In this document: in pieces, positions 43,771 to 52,430 of the stretch
How the letters are laid out: every line of letters starts with the position of its first letter
How positions within the stretch are numbered: the first letter of the stretch is position 1
From: Chloroflexota bacterium
GTDB lineage: Bacteria; Chloroflexota; UBA11872
DNA: 64,000 bases
NCBI GenBank assembly: GCA_011523785.1
Contig: WTFW01000063.1
Coordinates: 1,615 to 65,614 of the forward strand
Direction of reading: 5' to 3'
Notes under the pieces: model-generated
Database searches by the model: none
What the model was told of the DNA's origin: nothing
What the model saw: the letters and a program-made list of their open reading frames with translations, nothing else
Program-made: the position numbers and the translations under genes

Positions 43771-44372
43771 ACGTCGGGCGGCGGCCGCACTGCCGCCTCG
43801 TCTGAGGCAACGTCCAGGTCCAGTTCCGGAAGCTCGTCCAGCGACGTCAGACCGAAGTAGGCCAGGAATGTGTCGGTTGTCGTAAAGACCGCTGGACGTC
43901 CCGGAGCATCAAGTCGCCCGGCTTCGCGAATCAGGTTTCGCGCGAGCAGCGAGGCTAAGGCGCTGTCAGAGTCGACACCGCGCACCCGTTCGATTTCCGC
44001 ACGCGTAGCCTGTCCGCGATAGGCGACGATTCCCAGCGTCTCCAGGGCTGCGCGCGACGGCTGCCGGCGTTGGTCCAGACCCAGAAGCCGGCGGCAGTGG
44101 TCCGCAAGATCGGGAGCGGAGACCAGCCGGAAGGCATTGCGGTGCTCGAGCAAGACGATGCCGCGCGTGCGGTAGTGCGCGATCAGTTCGCGGAGCGCTG
44201 CTTGAACCTCGACGTCGGATGCACCGGTAACTCCGCCAAGCTCGGCTGCCGAGAGCGCGCGGTCCGCTACGAACAGCAACCCCTCGATCGTACGCGCCAG
44301 CCCGAAGTCGCCATCGAGGCTATCGGCCACGGCGTCGTCGGGCTCGGTCCGGGCGTCGCTATCCGTCGCCAT
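43767..44372 (-). CDS. scpB: Segregation and condensation protein B
   Basis: Winged-helix repeats are present (…LETLGIVAYRGQATRAEIERVRGV…). The start is taken as ATG 44372 (MATDSD...), overlapping the scpA end by 14 nt. The stop shares CTAG with the rpsI stop on the opposite strand. Confidence 0.75.
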   Translation of the reverse strand: MATDSDARTEPDDAVADSLDGDFGLARTIEGLLFVADRALSAAELGGVTGASDVEVQAALRELIAHYRTRGIVLLEHRNAFRLVSAPDLADHCRRLLGLDQRRQPSRAALETLGIVAYRGQATRAEIERVRGVDSDSALASLLARNLIREAGRLDAPGRPAVFTTTDTFLAYFGLTSLDELPELDLDVASDEAAVRPPPDV

Positions 44373-45114
44373 GCTCGCGAGTGGATCTGAGCACGATGGA
44401 CCCGAAAGTTCCCGACTGCTCGACGGTGGCCGTACGCTGCCGCACCAGGTGAAGCACGGCGACAAATGTAGCGATGAGTTCGGCGCGGTCGGCGCAAGCC
44501 GCTGCGATCGAATCGAAGGCCAGCGTTCCGTGGGACCTCAACCTGGCTTGCAGATCCTGCACCTTATCTGCCACACGGAATCGCCTTGTCGGCGCTTCGA
44601 TGAGCGACTCAACGGGCGTATCGACTTGGGTCAATCGCTCCAGCGCCGAGAGCAGCCGCATCAGGTCGCCGGCGCCCGGTTCGGGGGACGGCTGCGGAAG
44701 GCTCGGCTCGGCAACCCGTATGAACGACGACTCCCCAGCGCGCAGCCTGGCGTCCAGGTCCATCGCCACGGCCTTGAACGCCGCATAGACCCGCAGGCGC
44801 TCCGCGAGATCGTCGACCGACTCTTCCTCATCCTCGGGCTCGACCCTCGGAAGCAGCGCTCGCGACTTGAGCAGCGCGAGACGCGATGCGACGAGCAGAA
44901 ACTCGGAGGCCGCTTCCGCAAACTGCTCGTGCAGCTGGTGGGCGAAAGCAACAAACTGGTCCGTGACGGCAAGCACTGAGACACCTGTGATGTCCAGGCC
45001 TTGCTTCTCTATCAGCTGAACCAGGAGATCCAGCGGACCCTCGAAGTCGTCGATATCGATCTCAAAGCCGCCCAGCGCGCTTTCCTGCCCAACGGGTCCC
45101 CAGGTCGCCGTCAC
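44359..45114 (-). CDS. scpA: Segregation and condensation protein A
   Basis: The ScpA N-terminal motif FEGPLDLLVQLIEKQ is present. The proposed start GTG at 45114 overlaps the upstream stop (GTGA). Confidence 0.75.
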   Translation of the reverse strand: MTATWGPVGQESALGGFEIDIDDFEGPLDLLVQLIEKQGLDITGVSVLAVTDQFVAFAHQLHEQFAEAASEFLLVASRLALLKSRALLPRVEPEDEEESVDDLAERLRVYAAFKAVAMDLDARLRAGESSFIRVAEPSLPQPSPEPGAGDLMRLLSALERLTQVDTPVESLIEAPTRRFRVADKVQDLQARLRSHGTLAFDSIAAACADRAELIATFVAVLHLVRQRTATVEQSGTFGSIVLRSTREHGDG

Positions 45115-45620
45115 AGCCCGGCATCCAGTTCGGCCAGCCGTCGTCCGCGTTCGTGTTCGCGAAAGCCGTAGCAACGAAGCGTCTCCACCACGTCAGGGGG
45201 CGATCCGGCCAGTTCCGCCAGACGCGCGCTGGCTTCAGTGTCGCCACCCAGGCGGGCGATTCGTCCCCGCCGTGACGTGGCTGGACGGAGTTGCCAGCGC
45301 AACAGCAACCATGGCGCCAGGGCTTTGGCAAGCGTCAGACCGGTACGGTCCGCCAATCCCGGCCGGCCCTTCCCGACGTCGTGAAGTAGCGCAGCTACCT
45401 GCAGGGCGTCGTCGTTCGGCCAGGCCTCTTGAGCCGCCCCATACACGGCGAGCGCATGGCGTTGATCGGCAGGAGACAAGCGCTGGAACAGCGTCCGCTC
45501 ATCCTCGTTCAACCGCTGCATGGCCTGGTCGCGTGAGCTTGCCGGAACACGTGGATCAAATAACGCCAGTGCCTGCCGAAGCCGGTAGCTAACCTCCAAG
45601 GAGCAGCCTCGTGGCCCCAA
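45111..45620 (-). CDS. HD-domain protein (phosphohydrolase-like), function unknown
   Basis: It has the AALLHDVGK HD motif and sits upstream of scpA. The start is ambiguous: a TTG at 45620 overlapping the M50 gene by 32 nt, or an ATG at 45521. Confidence 0.6.
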   Translation of the reverse strand: MGPRGCSLEVSYRLRQALALFDPRVPASSRDQAMQRLNEDERTLFQRLSPADQRHALAVYGAAQEAWPNDDALQVAALLHDVGKGRPGLADRTGLTLAKALAPWLLLRWQLRPATSRRGRIARLGGDTEASARLAELAGSPPDVVETLRCYGFREHERGRRLAELDAGL

Positions 45621-46218
45621 GCACCGGGCCGCTGATGATACCGGTGGCCCCGGGCACGATGGCGATCAACAGAAAGAGTCCAATCAGGAGTCCGGGTCCG
45701 AATCTGCGCAGCCCGTCCAGCCGTATGGCCGTCTCGCGCGGGACCAGGCCGATCAGCACGCTGAAGCCATCCAGCGGCGGCAGCGGGATCAGGTTGAATG
45801 CGGCCAGAAAAAGGTTGAGTTGAATGATCAGCACCACCGCCACGGTGATCAGATCCGTCCCGGAACTCGACGCAAGCTCGCGGGCGACCGGCGCGAGCAC
45901 CAGGGCCAGCGCCACATTCGATGCCGGTCCGGCGGCGGCGACCAGGGCCATCCCGCGATGCGATCCGAACCGCAGTCGGTAGGGATTCACCAGCACCGGG
46001 CGCCCCCAGCCGAACGAGGCGATGAGGATCATGACCGTGCCGAGGAAATCCAGGTGCTTCAGCGGGTTCAGGGTCACCCGCCCCTGGAGCCGTGGCAGGT
46101 CATCCCCGAGCCAGGTTGCCACCAGCGCGTGGCTTGCCTCGTGCAGGGTGATCGCAATGACGAACGCCAAGGCGACGATGAGAAAGAGCTCTGGATCCTG
46201 GGCCAGGCGAAGCAGCAT
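45589..46218 (-). CDS. Peptidase M50 family (site-2 protease-like) membrane metalloprotease
   Basis: An HExxH motif in a transmembrane helix (LHEASHALVA), multiple transmembrane segments, and a second LDG motif typical of M50B are present. Confidence 0.75.
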   Translation of the reverse strand: MLLRLAQDPELFLIVALAFVIAITLHEASHALVATWLGDDLPRLQGRVTLNPLKHLDFLGTVMILIASFGWGRPVLVNPYRLRFGSHRGMALVAAAGPASNVALALVLAPVARELASSSGTDLITVAVVLIIQLNLFLAAFNLIPLPPLDGFSVLIGLVPRETAIRLDGLRRFGPGLLIGLFLLIAIVPGATGIISGPVLGATRLLLGG

Positions 46219-46330
46219 TCGGTTGCTCCGATTCCCCTAGCCGGCGATGCCGCGGCGTGGCGCTGAAAGGATCGCTACGGCCCGCCTCGTGCAAGTTCGC
46301 CGGATGGCTGCAGGCGCCAACAGGTCAGGC

Positions 46331-47098
46331 TTAGGCATCGGCACGCTCCACCGTCACTGCGTCGCCAATGCGACAGCCAAGCCTCTGGGCGGCCGAGCCG
46401 CCCGGCACCGCAATCTCCAGCAGGTTCCAGCTTCCAATCAAGGCGACGGGCTCACGCCCCGTGCCATAGGTCGTGGCCAGGCCCCTGATGCGCGCGTCGC
46501 CGACTTGTGCTTGGAGCATGTGGGCAGTCTGCACCAACTCGGCCCGTATGTTTGTGATCAGGTTTCCAAACGCGTCAACGTGGATAACTTCGCCTCTGAT
46601 CTTCGGTCCATCAATGCACGCGGATGGCCGGTCGACGCGTACCGGATCCTGGACGAGCGAGCCGAGCCAGTCGGGGCGTTCGTAGTTCGCCAGGCGTGCG
46701 GCGACGGGCGCAAAGATGTCGCGCGCGTGAAACGTCGGCGCAACTGAGTCCCGCCAGGCCTCCGGTCGGTCAACGCACCAGCACTCAATGTCACCCTGCG
46801 TGGGCGTCAACAAGCCGTTGTCGGGTCCGACCAGCCAGCGGCCGTCGCGACGCACGATTAGTCCGCGCCTTGCAGTTCCGACACCTGGATCGACCACCGC
46901 CAGCAGCACGCTGCCTGGGGGCAGAAGCTCAAGCGAGGCGTCGACGATGCACGCGCCGAGCGAAACGTGATGCGCAGGAACGCCGTGCGTCAGGCTGATG
47001 ATCCGCGCATCTGTCGCCGCGGCGACAACCGCGGCCGTTTGCCCGGCGTAGGGGTCATCGGTGCCGAAATCGGTCAACAACGCGACCAGGCGTCTCAT
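46331..47098 (-). CDS. SAM hydroxide adenosyltransferase family (DUF62; fluorinase/chlorinase-like fold)
   Basis: The N-terminus LLTDFGTDDPYAGQ..ISLTHGVPAHHV is characteristic. An ATGA overlap joins it to the upstream DmpA-like gene. Confidence 0.7.
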   Translation of the reverse strand: MRRLVALLTDFGTDDPYAGQTAAVVAAATDARIISLTHGVPAHHVSLGACIVDASLELLPPGSVLLAVVDPGVGTARRGLIVRRDGRWLVGPDNGLLTPTQGDIECWCVDRPEAWRDSVAPTFHARDIFAPVAARLANYERPDWLGSLVQDPVRVDRPSACIDGPKIRGEVIHVDAFGNLITNIRAELVQTAHMLQAQVGDARIRGLATTYGTGREPVALIGSWNLLEIAVPGGSAAQRLGCRIGDAVTVERADA

Positions 47099-48000
47099 CC
47101 TTGGGCCGCCGGCAGTCCGTACGCGGGCCGCGCCCGTAGCGCGCCTTGCACGACTGCGGCCGAGAACGCCTCGGCAGCGGCGTGGCCAACCGATGTGAGA
47201 TCGACATTCTCGGTTCCGGCGCCCACCGACACGGCAAAGATCGTGTCGCCATCGTGCATGCCGTGTGCCGGTCGCACGGCTCGCGCCAGACCGTCGTGCG
47301 ACATTTCGGCGACTTTCCGCAGCTGCCAGCGCTCCAGGGCGGCGTTCACGGCCACCACGCCGATCGTGGTGTTCTGGCCGAATCCCGAACCGGTGCTGCC
47401 CGAAGCCACAGCCAATGGGCCGCCGGTGCCGGGGTCATGGACGGCGCCTGCCGGGTTCACGACGACCAGGGCGCCTGCCGTGACATCCCCACTGTGAAAC
47501 AGAGCGCTGCCAAGGCCGCCCTTCATTCGGCCATTGCCGAAACCAATAGTGGCGCCGGTTCCCGCGCCCACGTTGCCCTGTGGCACAGGGTCCGTGGATG
47601 CCGCATTGGCAGCCGCCTCGCCCGCGGCAGCATCCGGGCGGATTGACGGATCGCCGACCGACAGGTCATAAACCACGGCCCCCGGCACGATGGGCACAGG
47701 CCCGGCGCTCGCAGGGAATCCGCGACCTCTTGTTTCCAGGAAGCGCATCACCCCGTCGGCCGCGGCCAGTCCGTACGCGCTGCCGCCGGTCAAGAGAATC
47801 GCGTCGGCCTGCCCAACCAGCCCGCCGGGATGCAGCGCGTCCGTCTCTCGGGTCCCCGGGGCCGATCCGCGAACATCCACGGCGGCTGCTACGGCTCGGT
47901 CGAAAAGCACCACCGTGCATCCGGTCCCGGCCGCCGCATGTGTCCAGTGACCCACGCGAATGCCCGGCAGCGCGGTCAATGTCCGATTCGCGTTAGCCAC
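47095..48000 (-). CDS. Peptidase S58 / DmpA-like (L-aminopeptidase/D-esterase, Ntn-hydrolase family)
   Basis: The N-terminal region LTALPGIRVGHWTH...GCTVVLF and glycine-rich segments are typical of the DmpA/P1 family. The start is GTG. Confidence 0.7.
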   Translation of the reverse strand: MANANRTLTALPGIRVGHWTHAAAGTGCTVVLFDRAVAAAVDVRGSAPGTRETDALHPGGLVGQADAILLTGGSAYGLAAADGVMRFLETRGRGFPASAGPVPIVPGAVVYDLSVGDPSIRPDAAAGEAAANAASTDPVPQGNVGAGTGATIGFGNGRMKGGLGSALFHSGDVTAGALVVVNPAGAVHDPGTGGPLAVASGSTGSGFGQNTTIGVVAVNAALERWQLRKVAEMSHDGLARAVRPAHGMHDGDTIFAVSVGAGTENVDLTSVGHAAAEAFSAAVVQGALRARPAYGLPAAQG

Positions 48001-48069
48001 ACACGGTCCTGGGGGCGTCGTCTGGTCTGATTGTCACAGACGCCCGGTTACGCCCGAATAGAATCGCTC

Positions 48070-49347
48070 ATGGTGCGACGTCTGTCCCGGCGTACGTTCA
48101 TCGCAGCGGCGGCAATGGCTACGGCCGCGTGCGGCGCCGCGGTGCAATCAAGCGACCTGCCCCAGGCGATGGTGGTTGCGGCCGGCGATGAACCCCAGGG
48201 CGACTTGTCGCAGGCGATGGCCGGCGACCGACAGTTGCGCGCGAGCCTGATGGCCGACGCCGCAAGGCTCGCGCGACTGGACGCAACGTCGTCACTCCGG
48301 TCGTCGACCCTCGGGGACGCTCTCGTTCGGTCTATCGATGCGCTTGGACTCGACGCCGAACGTCGAGAATTCCTGGCCCTCGGTCGCGGTCTGCCCTCCG
48401 TGAGTTTGCGGGTGGACGGCGACTTTGTGCTCGCCGCGGGCATGATCTACTCGGCCGTCGGCATCGTCGAGGGTCCGTTGCGGCAGGCCGACGTCAACGA
48501 CGAGGGCGTGCTGCGCGGCTCGGACTACGACGGAGCCGTGGTGCTGATTGCTCGGGGTGTTACGCCCTTTCGAGTCATCGGCCGGCTATTGGAAGACGCC
48601 GGTGCTGCGGCGGTCATCGTCTACAACAACAGGCCGGGATGGCTCTACGGCACGCTCAGTCAACCTTCGGGCATCCCCGTGGTCTCCGTGACTGAGGAGG
48701 CGGGCGAGGACCTGGTCGAGCGCCTGGAGCGCGGCGAGCCGCAGGCCATGGTGGATGTCTCGCCGCCGCAGCGGTCCTTCGAGGGCGCCAATGTGATCGG
48801 GCATCGGGCGGGACCGTTACGGCGTCAGATCGTCGTCGCCACGCCCGCTGATGCTCCGCTGGGCGACTACTCCAACGGTGGTAACGCCGACGGACTTGCG
48901 CTCCTGCTTGCCCTGGCCCGCCACGCTGATGAGGTGGGCGCCCGGCATTCGATCACCTTTGTCGCGTTCGACGGCACCCATCGCGGCTACGTTGGCAGTC
49001 GCTGGTACCTGGCGCACCTTTCAGACGACGAGCGCGCGACGATTGACTCCGTGCTTGCATTCGATCGCCCTGGGCGCTCCCGCCCCTTGCAGCTTGGCGT
49101 GTCGGATGAACTGGCGCCGCTGATAAATCAGCGACTCGAAGCTGACGGGACCGATCTACGCGTCACGAGTGACTTCGGCATGGGGCGCGGCGACCACGAC
49201 ATATTCGCCGCTCGTGGAGTGCCGTACGTCTTCCTCACCCGAGCCGGTCCAGGCGAGATTTCGGCGGACCACTTGTTGTCTGCATTCCATGTCGCTGCGG
49301 CCGCACTCGAGGTTTTGGACGGAATCGACTCCACCGCAACGAATTAG
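48070..49347 (+). CDS. Secreted M28-family peptidase with PA (protease-associated) domain
   Basis: A Tat-like signal (SRRTFIAAAAMATAAC) is present. The PA domain and the M28 metal-binding region (…HADEVGARHSITFVAFDGTHRGYVGSRWY…) are recognisable. The ATG 48070 start is preferred over the TTG at 48031. Confidence 0.65.
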   Translation: MVRRLSRRTFIAAAAMATAACGAAVQSSDLPQAMVVAAGDEPQGDLSQAMAGDRQLRASLMADAARLARLDATSSLRSSTLGDALVRSIDALGLDAERREFLALGRGLPSVSLRVDGDFVLAAGMIYSAVGIVEGPLRQADVNDEGVLRGSDYDGAVVLIARGVTPFRVIGRLLEDAGAAAVIVYNNRPGWLYGTLSQPSGIPVVSVTEEAGEDLVERLERGEPQAMVDVSPPQRSFEGANVIGHRAGPLRRQIVVATPADAPLGDYSNGGNADGLALLLALARHADEVGARHSITFVAFDGTHRGYVGSRWYLAHLSDDERATIDSVLAFDRPGRSRPLQLGVSDELAPLINQRLEADGTDLRVTSDFGMGRGDHDIFAARGVPYVFLTRAGPGEISADHLLSAFHVAAAALEVLDGIDSTATN

Positions 49348-49370
49348 CCTTCCCCTTCCAGCAAACGCGA

Positions 49371-50654
49371 TCAGTCCTGGCGTTCCGAGTTGCGGTGCAT
49401 GGCCTGGCTGCGACCGTCGGCCTCCTCGAACCGTTGTTTCAGCCGCGCATTCGCGTCCCGCAGCGCCATATCAGGGTCAACGTTTGCCGCATCGGCGCGC
49501 GCGGCGACCCATAGGAGAGCGTCGCCCAATCGTTCTGCGTCGTTCCCGGACGACAGCGCGGCCAGTGTCGCTGTTTCCAGGCCGGCCTCGTCCAGTGGCT
49601 CTCCGGCCCGGCGCAGCGCGCGCACGGCCGATCTCGCAAACGTCAGGCTGGGCATTGAGTCCGGCAGGCCGTCAAATGGACCGGTATCTCCGTTGTGTTC
49701 GTCAGCCTTGATTTGGGCCCATGTCTGACTCAGGTCGTCCAGGGATTCAAACTGCGCGTCGCCGAAGACATGGGGATGCCGTCGAATCATCTTCGCGCCA
49801 ATGGCCGCAACCACGTCCGGCCAGGCAAACCCGCCGCGCTGCCGGGCAATCTCCGCGTGCAGGACGAGGTTCGCCAGCACGTCGCCAAACTCGTCCGCCA
49901 TTGCGACGTCGTCGTCTCGTTCAATCGCGGCCAGGGCCTCGTGCGCTTCTTCCGCGAGGTAGGGACGAAGCGTTCGGTGGGTCTGCTGCTTGTCCCACGG
50001 GCAGCCGTCCGGCCCGCGAAGTTGCTGAAAGATGTCCAGCAGTGTGTTTGTGTCGCGAAGTCTCGATTGCTCCGTGGGCAAAGCGCGCATCGACATCGGA
50101 TACGGCATGGGACTGGCTGGGCCGTCGCCTCGCCAGCTTGAGCAGGGCCACGGCTTGACTTCAATAGCCGCGTCCGGCCCGTACGCCGCCCGCAGCCGCT
50201 TCCTCCACGTCTTCAGCTCGCCATCATCGGCAATACCCCGCACCACGGACTGAATCCCCGCCGCGGGCCGCCAGTCCCCGCCGGCCGGACCCATGACGGT
50301 GGGGCCTTCAATAGCTGGCGCACATTCCGGACCGACGGTCAGGCCAATGATTCCGCGGTCTGCCAGTTCCTGAAGCACCCCGACACCCGGATCGTCGTCT
50401 GGTCCATACCCGGGCGCCAGGTAGAGCGGGCGCGTGCCGTAAAGGTTCTCCAAAGCGCCGGTCCAGGCATCGGCCGCCGGCGGCGATGGCAGTTGAACCG
50501 CACGTGGGGCGGCGGGGATGGACACCCAGGAAACCACCGGATCGGTGGATGTCAGGACCACACCATCAACTGACCCGGGGTCACCCTCTCGCATGAATGC
50601 CGCATGCACATGGACATTCACCGATGAGAGATGGATTTGATCTGTGGCCGCCAT
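49371..50654 (-). CDS. mazG: MazG-family nucleoside triphosphate pyrophosphohydrolase fused to an N-terminal domain of about 190 aa of uncertain identity
   Basis: The C-terminal half carries the MazG EEXXE motif region (LRPYLAEEAHEALAAIERDD) plus a second degenerate MazG repeat. The N-terminal domain is unassigned; it may be a degenerate tetrapyrrole-methylase-like domain as in YabN. Confidence 0.7.
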   Translation of the reverse strand: MAATDQIHLSSVNVHVHAAFMREGDPGSVDGVVLTSTDPVVSWVSIPAAPRAVQLPSPPAADAWTGALENLYGTRPLYLAPGYGPDDDPGVGVLQELADRGIIGLTVGPECAPAIEGPTVMGPAGGDWRPAAGIQSVVRGIADDGELKTWRKRLRAAYGPDAAIEVKPWPCSSWRGDGPASPMPYPMSMRALPTEQSRLRDTNTLLDIFQQLRGPDGCPWDKQQTHRTLRPYLAEEAHEALAAIERDDDVAMADEFGDVLANLVLHAEIARQRGGFAWPDVVAAIGAKMIRRHPHVFGDAQFESLDDLSQTWAQIKADEHNGDTGPFDGLPDSMPSLTFARSAVRALRRAGEPLDEAGLETATLAALSSGNDAERLGDALLWVAARADAANVDPDMALRDANARLKQRFEEADGRSQAMHRNSERQD

Positions 50655-50704
50655 GCGCTGCGATATTCTAGACCTTAGCCCTAATTGCTTGGCCCGGTGA
50701 GTTC

Positions 50705-51091
50705 ATGTACCCAGACGACCTTGGCTACACCCGCGAACACGAGTGGGTGCGCGACGACGGCGACCAGCTGGTCGTCGGCATCACGGCCTACGCGCAGGAA
50801 GAGTTGGGGGATGTCGTCTACGTCGAGCTGCCGACGCCGGGCGACAGCTTCGCCGCGGGTGACGAGTTTGGAACGGTCGAGTCGGTCAAGGCCGTCTCGC
50901 CCCTCTACGTCCCAATGTCAGGCGAGATTCTCGAGGTCAACGAGGAACTTGAGGCACAGCCCGAACTCATTAACGAAGATCCCTACGCCGCCGGCTGGAT
51001 GATCCGGCTGGCCGCGAGCGATCCGAGCGAGCGCGACACGCTGCTCGATGCGCAGGCGTACGAACAGCTGGTGAATGAGCTACGCGCCTAA
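50705..51091 (+). CDS. gcvH: Glycine cleavage system H protein
   Basis: The lipoyl-lysine motif ESVKAVS and the HEW motif are present. Confidence 0.93.
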   Translation: MYPDDLGYTREHEWVRDDGDQLVVGITAYAQEELGDVVYVELPTPGDSFAAGDEFGTVESVKAVSPLYVPMSGEILEVNEELEAQPELINEDPYAAGWMIRLAASDPSERDTLLDAQAYEQLVNELRA

Positions 51092-52430
51092 CACCGACGC
51101 CGACCGGGCGGCCATGCTGCGCACGGTCGGTGTCGAGTCCATAGACGACCTCTTTGTCGACATTCCGGTTCGCCACCGCGACCCGGAGTTGGACTTGCCG
51201 CCGGCGCTTCCCGAGACCGACGTCATTCGACATCTGGGCGACCTCGGCGCGCGCAACGCAACGTCCAGCGACCTGCCCTCATTTCTCGGCGCCGGGTTCT
51301 ACCGCCACTTCGTCCCCGCGCTGGTTGACCAGCAGTTGCTGCGCTCGGAGTGGTACACGGCCTACACCCCCTATCAGCCGGAAATGGCGCAGGGCACCTT
51401 GCAGGCCATGTACGAGTTCCAGTCGCTGGTTTGCGACCTCACCGGCATGGAAGTTTCCAACGCCTCGTTGTACGACGGCGCCTCGGCGCTGGCCGAGGCC
51501 GTGCTGTTGTGTCGGGGCCTCACGCGCCGCCCGCGCGTCGTCATCGCCGACACCGTACATCCGGCCTATCGAGATGTAGCCGAGACATATGTCAGTGCGC
51601 TCGATGTCGACCTCCACGTCGTATCCGCCGCCCGCCGCGATGCAACGAGCGTTCGTCCCGATCTACAAGCGCTCGTGGACGCCATCGACCACCAGACAAG
51701 CTGCGTGGTCATCCAGCGCCCGGACTTCCTGGGCATGGTGGTTGACCCTGATCCGGTCATTCAGGCGGCGCGCGAACATGGCGCCCGCGTCGTGTTCGTC
51801 GTGGGCGATCCCGTTTCTCTGGGCCTCCTGGTTCCGCCCGGCGATCTTGGCGCCGACATCGTGGTCGGCGAGTTGCGCTCCCTGGCCGGCCCACCCGCCT
51901 ACGGCGGACCCGGCGCCGGCATGTTCGCCGTCCGGTCACCGTTGATTCGCCGCGTTCCGGGCCGGATCGCCGGTCGCACGACGGATCTGGACGGCAAGAA
52001 CGCCTTCGTCCTGACCCTGCAGACGCGCGAACAGCACATTCGACGCGAACGCGCCACGTCCAACATCACCACCAACCAGGCCCTTGTGACGCTGGGCGCC
52101 ACAATCTCGCTTTCGGCCCTGGGCCGTCACGGTCTACGCGAAATCGCCGAGCAGTCCCTGGCCGCCGCCCATCGGACGGCTGATGCCCTGGCCGCCGCCG
52201 GGGCCGCGATTGCCACCGACGCTCCCTATTTCAACGAGTTCGTGGTCCACGCGCCCGAGGGTGCCGCCGCCCGGCTGGAGCGCCTTCGCAGCGGTGGCAA
52301 CGTACTCGCCGGCGTGGATCTTGGGTGTGTGTCTCCCAGCTTCGATGATCTGATTCTCGTGGCGGCCACTGAGCTCACGACCGCCAGCGACGTCAAAGCG
52401 CTGGCATCCGCCTGGGCAAGTACCCGATGA
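51075..52430 (+). CDS. gcvPA: Glycine dehydrogenase (decarboxylating) subunit 1
   Basis: It has N-terminal P-protein homology and overlaps gcvH by 17 nt. Confidence 0.92.
   Translation: MSYAPNTDADRAAMLRTVGVESIDDLFVDIPVRHRDPELDLPPALPETDVIRHLGDLGARNATSSDLPSFLGAGFYRHFVPALVDQQLLRSEWYTAYTPYQPEMAQGTLQAMYEFQSLVCDLTGMEVSNASLYDGASALAEAVLLCRGLTRRPRVVIADTVHPAYRDVAETYVSALDVDLHVVSAARRDATSVRPDLQALVDAIDHQTSCVVIQRPDFLGMVVDPDPVIQAAREHGARVVFVVGDPVSLGLLVPPGDLGADIVVGELRSLAGPPAYGGPGAGMFAVRSPLIRRVPGRIAGRTTDLDGKNAFVLTLQTREQHIRRERATSNITTNQALVTLGATISLSALGRHGLREIAEQSLAAAHRTADALAAAGAAIATDAPYFNEFVVHAPEGAAARLERLRSGGNVLAGVDLGCVSPSFDDLILVAATELTTASDVKALASAWASTR

Noticed and set aside
50655-50704. Glycine riboswitch upstream of gcvH
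   Set aside because: The spacer is only 50 bp. That is far too short for a single aptamer, let alone tandem aptamers, and no conserved glycine-riboswitch core sequence is visible.
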